A stretch of DNA of 64,000 nt from Eledone cirrhosa. Lineage: Eukaryota. Of this stretch, positions 27,401 to 39,801 are shown piece after piece; the stretch's first letter is position 1; each line of letters opens with the position of its first letter. The translations under genes and the position numbers were made by a program. The notes under the pieces are model-generated. The model was given only the letters and a program-made list of their open reading frames with translations, had not been told where the DNA came from and searched no databases. Location: the NCBI GenBank assembly GCA_964016885.1, contig OZ024741.1, positions 314,960,001 to 315,024,000 of the forward strand, given 5' to 3'.

Positions 27401-30400
27401 AAGAAAAGACGAACAAATAAAAACATAGGAAAAGACAGCGGAAAAAAACGGAGGAGAAGACAGAGGTACAGCCAGCGGAAAATACCACGGAAAAGACAGT
27501 GGAAAAGACGGAGAAAAAGACAGCGAAGTCAATGGAAAAGACAGAGTAAAAGAGAGCGTAGCAGATACTGGAAAAGACAGAGGTACAGGCAGCGGAATTG
27601 ACAGACTTAAAAACAGTGGAAAAGAGAGCGGGAGCGTCAGAGGTAAAGACAGTGGAAAAGATGGAGAAAAATACAGTCAAGTCAGTGGAAAAGACATTAA
27701 AAGAGAGCGTAGAAGACAGTGGAAAAGACAGATTAAAAGACAGCAGAGAAGACAGTGGCAAAGACAGGGGGAAAGACCGAATGGAAGACATCGGAGAAGA
27801 CATCGAAGGAGACAGTGGAAAAGACAGAGCTACAGACAGCGGAGAAGACAGTGGAAAGGACAGAGGAGAAGATGACACCGTAGAAGAGAGTGAAAACAAA
27901 ATGGAAATGACCGAGGTGAAAACATCGGAAAAGAAAGCGAAGAAGCCATGGAAAAGACAGAGCTAAAGACAGCGAAGTCAGTGGAAAAGACGGGGAAAAT
28001 GACCGAAGTGAAGACAGTGGAAAAGAGAGAGTAAAAGACAGCGGAAAAGACAGCGGAGAAGACAGCGGTATAGACAGAGGAAATGACAGAATTGAAGACA
28101 TCGGAGAAGATATCGAAGAAATCAATGGAAAAGACAGAGCTAAAGACAGCTGAGAAGACAGCAGAAAAGACAGAGGAAATGACCGAAGTGAAGACATCGG
28201 AGAAGACATCGAAGAAGACAGCGGAAAAGACAGGGGAAATGACCGAAGTGAAGACATCGGAGAAGACATCGAAGAAGACAGCGGAAAAGACAGAGCTAAA
28301 GACAGCGGAGAAGACAGCGAAAAAGACAGGGGAAATGACCGAAGTGAAGACATCGGAGAAGACATCGAAGAAGACAGTGGAAAAGACAGGGGAAATGACC
28401 GAAGTGAAGACATCGGAGAAGACATCGAAGAAGACAGCGGAAAAGACAGAGCTAAAGACAGCGGAGAAGACAGTGGAAAAGACAGAGCTAAAGACAGCGG
28501 AGAAGACAGTGGAAAAGACAGAGAAGACGACACTGTAGAAGAGAGTTAAAAAAAGGGAAAAATGACCAAGGTGAAACATCGGAAAAGACAGCGAAGAAGA
28601 CAGTGCAAAAGTCAGAGTTAAAGACAGCGAAGTCAGTGGAAAAGACAGCGGAACAGACAAAGGTAAAGACAGTCGAAAAGACAGAGAAAAAGACAGCAGA
28701 GAAGACAGCAGAAAAGTCAGTGGAAAAGGCAGTGGAACAGACAGAGGTGAAGAGAGCAGAAAAGACAGCGGAAAGGACAGCGGAAAGGACAGCGGAGAAG
28801 ACAGCAAAAAAGTCAGTGGAAAAGGCAGTGGAATGGAGGATTTAGATTGTTCGATGGGAATATATCTCTGGAAATTAGTAGTGATACGAGAAGTTGTCTT
28901 CGATGAGAAATAAATAATGGTTTCTACTTTTGGCACAAGGCCAGCAATTGCCAGTACATTACTGGTACTTTATTTTATCGACCCCGTAAGGATGAAAGGC
29001 AAAGTTAACCTCGGCGAGATTTGAATTCAGAGCGTTAAGGGACGTAACTACGGTGGAAAGCATGTCTGACCCTCTACCAATACTGCCAAGTCTTATAGAT
29101 ATGACTAAATTTGAGATTGTAACCAAGTCGTCATTCCCTCGGCAATTATTTTAATTTAAGTACTATGTTATTTAATTTTTAAGTTTCCATCTGCTGTAAT
29201 AAAATTAATAATTAATTTGTAATTTAACTGTAACATGTTTTTTGCCTGAACCTGAAAAACATAGTTCCAACACTATATTCTAGTTCTCATTTTTACCACC
29301 CACTTGTTCAAAATATAGCTAGTCTCACAGAAACCAGGTACCATGATTGCACTAACATATGTAGGCGATAGAGTAAACATGATACGTTGTAATTAGGATA
29401 CATACTAAATTGTAATGAAATATTTACATCCACTTTCAAGAAGAAAAGACGAACAAATAAAAACATAGGAAAAGACAGCGGAAAAAAACGGAGGAGAAGA
29501 CAGAGGTACAGCCAGCGGAAAATACCACGGAAAAGACAGTGGAAAAGACGGAGAAAAAGACAGCGAAGTCAATGGAAAAGACAGAGTAAAAGAGAGCGTA
29601 GCAGATACTGGAAAAGACAGAGGTACAGGCAGCGGAATTGACAGACTTAAAACAGTGGAAAAGAGAGCGGGAGCGTCAGAGGTAAAGACAGTGGAAAAGA
29701 TGGAGAAAAATACAGTCAAGTCAGTGGAAAAGACATTAAAAGAGAGCGTAGAAGACAGTGGAAAAGACAGATTAAAAGACAGCAGAGAAGACAGTGGCAA
29801 AGACAGGGGGAAAGACCGAATGGAAGACATCGGAGAAGACATCGAAGGAGACAGTGGAAAAGACAGAGCTACAGACAGCGGAGAAGACAGTGGAAAGGAC
29901 AGAGGAGAAGATGACACCGTAGAAGAGAGTGAAAACAAAATGGAAATGACCGAGGTGAAAACATCGGAAAAGAAAGCGAAGAAGCCATGGAAAAGACAGA
30001 GCTAAAGACAGCGAAGTCAGTGGAAAAGACGGGGAAAATGACCGAAGTGAAGACAGTGGAAAAGAGAGAGTAAAAGACAGCGGAAAAGACAGCGGAGAAG
30101 ACAGCGGTATAGACAGAGGAAATGACAGAATTGAAGACATCGGAGAAGACATCGAAGAAATCAATGGAAAAGACAGAGCTAAAGACAGCTGAGAAGACAG
30201 CAGAAAAGACAGAGGAAATGACCGAAGTGAAGACATCGGAGAAGATATCGAAGAAGACAGCGGAAAAGACAGGGGAAATGACCGAAGTGAAGACATCGGA
30301 GAAGACATCGAAGAAGACAGCGGAAAAGACAGAGCTAAAGACAGCGGAGAAGACAGCGGAAAAGACAGGGGAAATGACCGAAGCGAAGACATCGGAGAAG

Positions 30401-33400
30401 ACATCGAAGAAGACAGTGGAAAAGACAGGGGAAATGACCGAAGTGAAGACATCGGAGAAGACATCGAAGAAGACAGCGGAAAAGACAGAGCTAAAGACAG
30501 CGGAGAAGACAGCGGAAAAGACAGGGGAAATGACCGAAGTGAAGACATCGGAGAAGACATCGAAGAAGACAGTGGAAGAGACAGGGGAAATGACCGAAGT
30601 GAAGACATCGGAGAAGACATCGAAGAAGACAGCGGAAAAGACAGAGCTAAAGACAGCGGAGAAGACAGCGGAAAAGACAGGGGAAATGACCGAAGTGAAG
30701 ACATCGGAGAAGACATCGAAGAAGACAGTGGAAAAGACAGGGGAAATGACCGAAGTGAAGACATCGGAGAAGACATCGAAGAAGACAGCGGAAAAGACAG
30801 AGCTAAAGACAGCGGAGAAGACAGCGGAAAAGACAGGGGAAATGACCGAAGTGAAGACATCGGAGAAGACATCGAAGAAGACAGTGGAAGAGACAGGGGA
30901 AATGACCGAAGTGAAGACATCGGAGAAGACATCGAAGAAGACAGCGGAAAAGACAGAGCTAAAGACAGCGGAGAAGACAGCGGAAAAGACAGGGGAAATG
31001 ACCGAAGTGAAGACATCGGAGAAGACATCGGAGAAGACATCGAAGAAGGCAGTGGAAAAGACAGCGGAGAAGACAGTGGAAAAGACAGAGAAGACGACAC
31101 CGTAGAAGAGAGTGAAAAAAAAGGGGAAATGTCCAAGGTGAAGACATCGGAAAAGATAGCGAAGAAGACAGTGAAAAAGTCAGAGCTAAAGACAGCGAAG
31201 TCAGTGGAAAAGACAGCGGAACAGATAGAGGTAAAGACAGTCGAAAAGACAGAGAAAAAGACAGCGGAGAAGACAGCAGAAAAGTCAGTGGAAAAGGCAG
31301 TGCAACAGACATATGTGAAGAGAGCAGAAAAGACAGCGGAAAGGACAGCGGAAAGACAGCGGAGAGGACAGCAGAAAAGTCAGTGGAAAAGGCAGTGGAA
31401 CAGATAGAGGTAAAGAGAGCAGAGAAGACAGCGGAAAGGATAGCGGAGAAGACAGTAGAAAAGACAGTGGAAAAGGCAGTGGAACAGCGGAAAAGACAGC
31501 GGAAAAGACAGCGAAAAAGACAGAGAAGACAGAGTAGAAGACAGTGGAAAAGAAAGGGGAAATGACCGAGGTGAAGACATCGGAGAAGACATCGAAGAAG
31601 ACAGTGGAAAAGACAGAGTTAAAGACAGCGGAAAAGACAGTGCAAAAGACAGAGAAGACGACCGTAGAAGAGACTGAAAAAAAAGGGCGAAATGACCGAG
31701 GTGAAAACATCGAAAAAAACCGCGAAGAAGACAGTGGAAAAGATAGAGCTAAAGACAGTGGAGTCAGTGGAAAACACAGCGGAACAGACAGCGGAAAAGA
31801 CAGAGGTAAAGACAGTGGAAAAGACAGAGAAAAATACAGAGGTAAAAACAGTGGTAAAGAGAGCGTAAAAGACAGTAGAAAAGATAGCGGAAAAGTCAGA
31901 GCTAAAGACGGCGAAAAAGACAGGGGAAAATACAGCGAAATAGACAAATACAGCGAAAAAGACAATGGAAATGAGGGTGGAACAGACAGTGGAACAGAAA
32001 GTGGAAAAGACAAAGGTAAAGGCAGCATAAAAAACAGCGTAAAAGACAGCGGAAAAGACAGAGGTAAAGACAAACCTAAAGACAGCGGAAATGCAGCCGG
32101 AAAGACAGAGGAAAAGGACAGCGGAAAAGACAGGAGAAAAGACAGTGGAAAAGACGGCGGAACAGACAGAGGTAAAGACACCGGAAAAGACAGAGGTAAA
32201 GACAGAGGTAAACACAGCAGAAAAGACAGCGGAAAAGACATTGGAAAGGACGTCGGGAAAGACAGAGGTAAAGACAGCGGAAAACACAAAGAAAAAGACA
32301 GCCGTTAAGATAGCGGAAAAGACAGCGGAAAAGATAGCGGAACTGACAGAGGTAAAACGAGTGGAAAAGACAGCAGAACAGCCAGAGGTAAAGACAGCGG
32401 AAAAGACAGCGGAACAGACAGGCGTAAAGAGAGAGGTAAAGACAACGGAAAAGACAGCGGAAACAGAGGTAAAAACAGCGAAAAAGACAGACGTATAGAC
32501 AGCGCGAAAAGACAGCGGGAAAGAGAGAGGTAAAGACGGTGGAAAAACGAAAAAGGACAGCGGAAAAGGCAGCGGAAAATACAGCGGAACAGAAAAGTGT
32601 AAGGACAGCTGAAAAGACAGCGGAAAAGACAGTGGAAGAGACAGCGGAACAGACAAACATAAAAGCAACGGAAAAGACAGTGGAAAAGACATTGGAAAAG
32701 ACAATGGAAAAGACAGCGGAACAGACACACGTAAAGACAGCAGAACAGACAGCGCGGAAAACAGAGGTAAAGACAGAGGAAAAGACAATGAAAAAAGACA
32801 GCGGAAAAGAATGCGGAAAAGACATTGGAAAAGACAGTGGAAGAAACAGACGTATAGAGAGCGGAAAAGACAGCGAGAAAGACAGCGGAAAAGAGAGCGG
32901 TAAAATTCTCCGGAAAAAAATAGCGGAAAAGGCAGTGGAAAAGACAATTGTAAAGACACCCTAAAAGACAGAGGTAAAGTCAAGGGAAAAGACAGTGCAA
33001 AAGACAGATGTGAATAGAGCAGAAAAGACAGCGGAAAGGACAGCGGAAAAGACAGCGGAGAAGACAGCAGAAAAGTCAGTGGAAAAGGCAGTGGAACAGA
33101 TAGAGGTAAAGAGAGCAGAGAAGACAGCGGAAAGGATAGCGGAGAAGACAGTAGAAAAGTCAGTGGAAAAGGCAGTGGAACAGATAGAGGTAAAGAGAGC
33201 AGAGAAAACAGCGGAAAAGACAGCGGTAAAGACAGCGGAAAAGACAGAGAAGACAGCGGAAAAGACAGTGCAAAAGACAGAGAAGACGACCGTAGAAGAG
33301 ACTGAAAAAAAAAGGGGGAAATGACCGAGGTGAAGACATCGAAAAAGACCGCGAAGAAGACAGTGGAAAAGATAGAGCTAAAGACAGTGAAGTCAGTGGA

Positions 33401-36400
33401 AAAGACAGCGGAACAGACAGCGGAAAAGACAGCGGAAAAGACAGAGGTGAAGACAGTGGAAAAGACAGAGAAAAATAGAGAGGTAAAAACAGTGCTAAAG
33501 AGAGCGTAAAAGACAGTAGAAAAGATAGCGGAAAAGTCAGAGCTAAAGACGGCGAAAAAGACAGGGAAAATACAGCGAAATAGACAAATACAGCGAAAAA
33601 GACAATGGAAATGACGGTGGAACAGACAGTGGAACAGAAAGTGGAAAAGACAAAGGTAAAGACAGCATAAAAAACAGCGTAAAAGACAGTGGAAAAGACA
33701 GAGGTAAAGACACCGGAAAAGACAGAGGTAAATTCAGAGGTAAACACAGCGGAAAAGACAGCGGAAAAGACATTGGAAAGGACGTCGGGAAAGACAGAGG
33801 TAAAGACAGCGGAAAACACAAAGAAAAAGACAGCCGTTAAGATAGCGGAAAAGACAGCGGAAAAGATAGCGGAACTGACAGAGGTAAAACGAGTGGAAAA
33901 GACAGCAGAACAGCCAGAGGTAAAGACAGCGGAAAAGACAGCGGAACAGACAGCCGTAAAGAGAGAGGTAAAGACAACGGAAAAGACAGAGGTAAAGACA
34001 ACGGAAGAGACAGCGGAAAACAGAGGTAAAAACAGCGAAAAAGACAGACGTATAGACAGCGCGAAAAGACAGCGGAAAGACAGTGGAAGAGACAGCGGAA
34101 CAGACAAACGAAAAAGCAATGGAAAAGACAGTGGAAAAGACATTGGAAAAGACAATGGAAAAGACAGCGGAACAGACACACGTAAAGACAGCAGAACAGA
34201 CAGCGCGGAAAACAGAGGTAAACACAGAGGAAAAGACAATGAAAAAAGCAGCGGAAAAGAATGCGGAAAAGACATTGGAAAAGACAGCGGAAGAAACAGA
34301 CGTATAGACAGCGGAAAAGACAGCGAGAAAGACAGCGGAAAAGAGAGCGGTAAAATTCTCCGGAAAAAAATAGCGGAAAAGGCAGTGGAAAAGACAGAGG
34401 TAAAGACACCCTAAAAGACAGAGGTAAAGTCAAGGGAAAAGACAGTGGAAAAGACAGAGATAAAGACAGTGGAAAAGAGAGGGGAAAAGACAGTGGAAAA
34501 GACAGCGGGAAAGACAGCGGGAAAGACAGAGGTGATGACGGTGGAAAAGACAGCAGAAAAGACAGATGTAAATACAGCACAATAGACAGAGGTAAAGAGA
34601 GTGGAAAAGACAGCGGAACAGACAGACGTAAAGGCAGCGGGAACAACAGAGGTTAAGACAGTGGAAAAGAAAATGAAACAAGACACCTGAAAAGAGAGCG
34701 GAAAAAACAGAAGTAAAGACATCGGCAAAGACTGCGGAAAAGACAATGGAAAAAAAACGGAACAGACAGACATACAGACAGCGGGAAAGACAGAGGTAAA
34801 GGCAGAGGAAAAGACAGAGAAAAAGACAGCGGAAAAGACAGCGGCTCAGAGAGAGGTAAATACCCCAGAAAAGAAAGAAGTAAAGACAGCGGAAAAGTCA
34901 GCGGAAAAGAAAGTGGAAAAGACAGCGAGGCAGGCGGATGTAAAGACTGCGGAAAAGATAGCGATAAAGACAGCGGAGGAGAAAGCGAAAAAAAAGAGAG
35001 CTAAAAACAGTGGAAAAAACTACGGATAAGACAGAGGTAAAGACAACGGAAATGACAGGGGAAAAGCTAGGGAGGAAAAGACGGCGGAACAGACAGTGGT
35101 AACGACATCGGAAAAGCAGCGGAAGAGACAGACGTAAAAACAGCGGAAAAGACATCGGAAAAGACAGAGGTAAAAACAGTGGAAAAGATAGAGAAATGGA
35201 CAGCGGAAAAGGCAGCTGAAAATAGAGCGGAACAGACAGAGTTAAGGACAGCGGAAAATAGAGACTTAAAGACAGCGGAAAAGACAGCAGGAAAGACATG
35301 TGAAGACGGCGGAAAAGATAGATGTAAAGACAGTGAAAAAGACAGAAGAAAAGAGAGTGGAAAAGACAGTGGAACAGACAGAGATAAAGACAGCGGAAAA
35401 GACAGACTTAAAGACACTGGAAAAGACAAAGGTAAAGACAGTGGAAAAGGCAGCGGAACAGACAGACGTTAAGACAGCAGTACAGACAGCGGGAAAAACA
35501 GAGATAAAGACAGTGGAAAAGACAATGAAAAAAGACAGCGGAAAAGACAGAAGTAAAGGCAGCGGAAAAGACTACGAAAAAGACAGTGGAAAGGAGAGCG
35601 TGACAGGCAGACGTAAAGACAGCGGAAAGACAGCGGTAAAGACAGAGGTAAAGACAGAGGTAAAGACAGTGGAAGAGACAGTGCAAAAGACAGCGGACGA
35701 GACATTGCAAAAGACAGCGGTAAAGGCAGCGGAAAAGACAGACGATAAGACAGCTGAAAAGACAGAGGTAAAGACGGTGGAAACGACAGAGAAAAGGACT
35801 GCGGAAAAGGCAGAGGAAAAACAGTGGAAACGACAGCGGAACAGACAGAGGTAAAGACAGCGGAAAATACAGAGGTAAAGACAGCGGAAAAGACAAAGGT
35901 AAGAACAGCGGAAAAGACAGCGGCACAGACAGACGAAAAGACAGCGGGAAAAACAGAGGTAAAAACAGTGGACAAGACAATGAAAAAAGACAGCGGAAAA
36001 GACAGCGGCAAAGACAGTGGTAAAAACAGCGGAAAAGACATAGGAAAAACTGGGGCAAAGACAAAAGAGAAGATAGAGGAAAAGAGAGAGGGAACCTCAG
36101 TGAAAAGACAGTAGAACATACAGCGAAAAGACAGCGGCACAGAGAGTGGTAAAGACCCCGGAAAAGACAAAGGTAAAGACAGCGGGAAAGACAGCGGAAA
36201 CGAGAGTGGAAAAGACAGCGGAGCTGACAGAGGTAAAGAATGCGGAAAAGACAGCGATAAAGACAGACGCAAAGACAGTGGAAACGACAGCGGCAAAGAT
36301 AGAGGTAAAGACATTTGAAAAGACTGCGGAAAAGACAGAGGTAAGCACAGTGGAAAAGATAACGGAAAAGGCAGAGGTAAAAAACAGCGGAAATGACAGG

Positions 36401-36894
36401 AAAATATCTGGAAAGAAGGGAAATTAGACCATCTAAAAGATATTTCTAAAGATACGGGTGAATTCATTGTTTTATTAATTCTTCAATGTCTATACTTAGT
36501 TTGGTAAAACTATAATATTCTCGAAAACGAAAGAAATTGCTTTATTACAGTCTCTGTTATGTGACTTTTACACATATGTTTTCCCTAAATGTCATGAATT
36601 TACGTAGATAAGACCTGTAGATTATAAGGATATCCACCGAGCGAAATCCAGAGGAATATATATTCTGGAGGAAATGGACTGTATGTTATGATGTATGTGC
36701 GTACTATGATGGAGGACGTCACGCATTTTCTTTTTAAAATCCTCTAAATTTGTATTCTGTGGCGTGTTATTGCTAGACTTAAATTAACTCGTCAATTCAA
36801 GCGCGTATGAAGATCAGCAAGGAACGGAAATTTTACCTTACATGAGGAAACCGGAATTTCGTAGTGAACTGACTGAAGTATAACTTTAAATAAA

Positions 36895-37080
36895 TACACA
36901 TATACACACACACAGACACACACAGACACACATACACACATATTTCCACCCACCCACACACACACACACACACACTCACTCACACTCACACATATACACA
37001 CACTCACGCACACGCACATACACACATATATATATAAACATAAGCACACGGACACACATATATATATACATACATATGTA
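36895..37080. repeat. (CA)n-rich compound microsatellite
   Basis: Seen directly. Confidence 0.9.
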
Positions 37081-37480
37081 TAAGAAGAGACAGGACCCCT
37101 ACGGCTGAGCTCCGGCCATTTCGACAGCTAAATCCTAACTAAGCCACCAGTATTAGAACGTTTGTGTGTGTGTGTGGGGGGGGGGGGTTATTTATACATT
37201 TATACAAATGAACACACTTTAAAATATTTATAAGAAAATATATCATCACGTGACAACATGTTTGCGCTTGTTTAGTTTGGGAAGTCTTAATTCATGCTGG
37301 GCGCATTTCGATATATTGGGTCCTCCATCTATCTCCCACACACTGTTGACATGAAATATCCATCTGCATAGAGTTATAGCACAGCTATTTTTATATGTAT
37401 CTATATCTCTTTAAATAATAAACGCAACATATATATCTCGGTTTATCTATTTAGCTGCAGTTCATCTATCAATTTGTTTG

Positions 37481-37547
<67 letters not shown>
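37481..37547. repeat. (TCTA)n microsatellite, 5' flank of the Tx1 element
   Basis: Seen directly. Confidence 0.97.
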
Positions 37548-37548
<1 letters not shown>

Positions 37549-37676
37549 GATAGAGTGAGACACGCTTCACATCGGTTCTGCTATTCTATCGGAATTTACC
37601 CTTACTATAGTAAGTAGCAGTGAATTTTTTCAGTACAACACATTTGGAACACTTACCCCTGTTATTTAGGGAAACA

Positions 37677-37860
37677 AATGGTGGATTGGCAGTATCGGTA
37701 GAGGGTCGGACGCCATGCTTTCCAGCACAGTTACGTCCCTTTACGATCTGAGTTCAAATCCCGCCGAGGTTGACTTTGTCTTTCATCCTTACGGGGTCGA
37801 TAAAATAAAGTACCAGTAATGCACTGGGTAATTGCTGGCCTTGTGCCTAAAGTAGAAACA
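37677..37860 (+). mobile_element. tRNA-derived SINE with 16-bp TSD inside the Tx1 5' UTR
   Basis: TSD GTTATTTAGGGAAACA at 37661-37676 and 37861-37876; A-box-like TGGCAGTATCGG; B-box GAGTTCAAATCCC. Confidence 0.92.
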
Positions 37861-37960
37861 GTTATTTAGGGAAACATTTTTACATTTACCCCCTTTTTAG
37901 GGGGTAAAATAAATAACTATTTTTCTGTAAAACTTCTTTCTTGGACGCATCGCGGGAAAG

Positions 37961-39796
37961 ATGGCAGACATGTCTGCCATTAGCTCTGCCACGCCCCCCA
38001 AGTCTGAAGAACAAAAAATGGATACAACAAAACTAGACAACGAAACAAACAAGGAAAATGAAAAAAACAAATGTTACGGAAAATGAGCAAACGGAAAACA
38101 AACAAACAGAAAATAAGAATACAAAAAACAACAAGGCAACTTTCGCCCAGACAACAAAAGAATCTATACTATATACACCTATTGACTTAATTGCCGCCAG
38201 AGAGAAACTGGCAGAAGCAAAAAAGCACATAGTCTTGGGGGAGAACGGAATGTTTTCCATTAATTCCCCCCCAGAATTCAAGAAAACGAGACTAGAAAAC
38301 ACTGTTCTGTTTAGAACAATTCTAAACCACACGAGAAAGCCAGCAAAGCCCGGCCAAATGGAGATAGAGTTGGTCCTAAAAGACTATATGAAGAATATTC
38401 TCTTCATACGAAAGGACCGACTCTATGGCAGCATTTCTGTTTTAACAAAAGACAAGGAAACAGCACAGAGGCTTTCCCTAAGCCCACTCTCATCAACAGC
38501 ATACAGTTTCTATCCCTCCTACATGGGTAGAAGAACTCAGAGAGTCAAAATACAGACAATGCTGCCCACAATGGACTTCTGGTGGGCTATTGCTGGCTTC
38601 ATAGACATGGGCGAGGACACAGTGCTGTCAATGGGGAAGGCATCTGGAGATGCGTTCCTGGGAATGGGCCTCGACCTACTAGTCCAAATGAGGCCCGAAA
38701 GAATAGCGCAAATCCCGGATCGCATCTGGCTGGATAACCTCACCCCAATATATATAATTGTAGAGGGGAGAAGACCAGCATGCTATTCATGCACGGAAAG
38801 GGGACACGTTAAGGCTAACTGCCCGAATCGTATCCCCCAAAAAAGAATATTGCCCACACCCACCACAAACAATACACCAACACCACCCACCTCCAAAAAT
38901 ACACTAATACCACACATAGCAAACAAAATACAGACACCACCAACCACTAGCACAACACAAACATCACCATCACCAGCACCAAACACAAGCACGACACAAA
39001 AATCACCACCACCATCACCAACCACAACACAAACATCACCACCACCATCACCAACCACAAGCACGACACAAACATCACCACCACCACCACAAAACACATT
39101 CCAAACTAATAATAATAAAAACAGCAACAAATCTACCCCTCCCGCAAAAAAAACAACCAGACACCACGTCCCTCCCACCTAGCGCTGAAGAGTTTCCCCC
39201 AACTTCTGAAGAAGAAGGAGGAGAAGCCTTCAGACAAGTTAAAAGAAAAAAACGAAAGAACACACCCAGCACACCACAACAACAAATAACCCACACACAA
39301 ACACCAACTCCAATCAAAAACACCCCACCCTCCACAAACAAAAATAAATCTGCGCCTCCCCCCTTCGAAACATTGACAGCATCACAAAAAAAGACTTTGC
39401 AATACACATATATAAATAAAGAAAACAAAAAGCTGTTTAAATTAATAAACAATAGCCTTTGGTGCAGACCGAAGGGCCAAACTTTATCTCAACAGAGAAC
39501 TTCACCCATTTAAAAATGATAAAGGTCCCTCTGGACCTTTATCGTTCCTTAAAAGAACAATTTAAACAGGACGTGAGCCCCCCCCCTGTTTAAAACCGTT
39601 AAATCGCGTCCTCTTGAAAGATTTCCCCGTAACCTCCCCTCTCCCTGACACAACTCCAAATACCTCAACCCCACCACACTCGGATACCCCCACACCACCA
39701 CAAAACATCCCTCCACCCAACACACCCGACCCCATGGAAATTACACAATCCGGAGAGGTAGGTGCTTTTCTTTCTTCACTTTCAACACCAAAATAG
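37961..39796 (+). pseudogene. Tx1 ORF1 (gag-like, CCHC knuckle, Pro/Thr-rich tail), frameshifted
   Basis: ATG at 37961 (MADMSAISS..); main frame 38058-39182 with IIVEGRRPACYSCTERGHVKANCP. Confidence 0.85.
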
Positions 39797-39801
39797 ATCA
39801 A

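Larger units (their letters stand above)
13904..36420 (+). repeat. Hierarchical macrosatellite: head + inverted SINE + AT-rich spacer + 12-bp minisatellite (AAGACAGYGGAA family)
   Basis: Head GAATGGAGGATTTAGATTGTTCGATG recurs near 13904, 15469, 17204, 17950, 19675, 21339, 22073, 23598, 24416, 26791 and 28831. An uninterrupted minisatellite runs about 29440-36420. Confidence 0.97.

Noticed and set aside
13904-29100. CRISPR-like regular repeat/spacer pattern
   Set aside because: Units are kb-scale, spacers are homologous to each other, the context is eukaryotic and there are no cas genes.
14381-36467. Many Ser/Leu/Phe-rich minus-strand ORFs up to 454 aa
   Set aside because: The pyrimidine-rich strand of the 12-bp repeat rarely contains stops; their starts lie within SINE copies.
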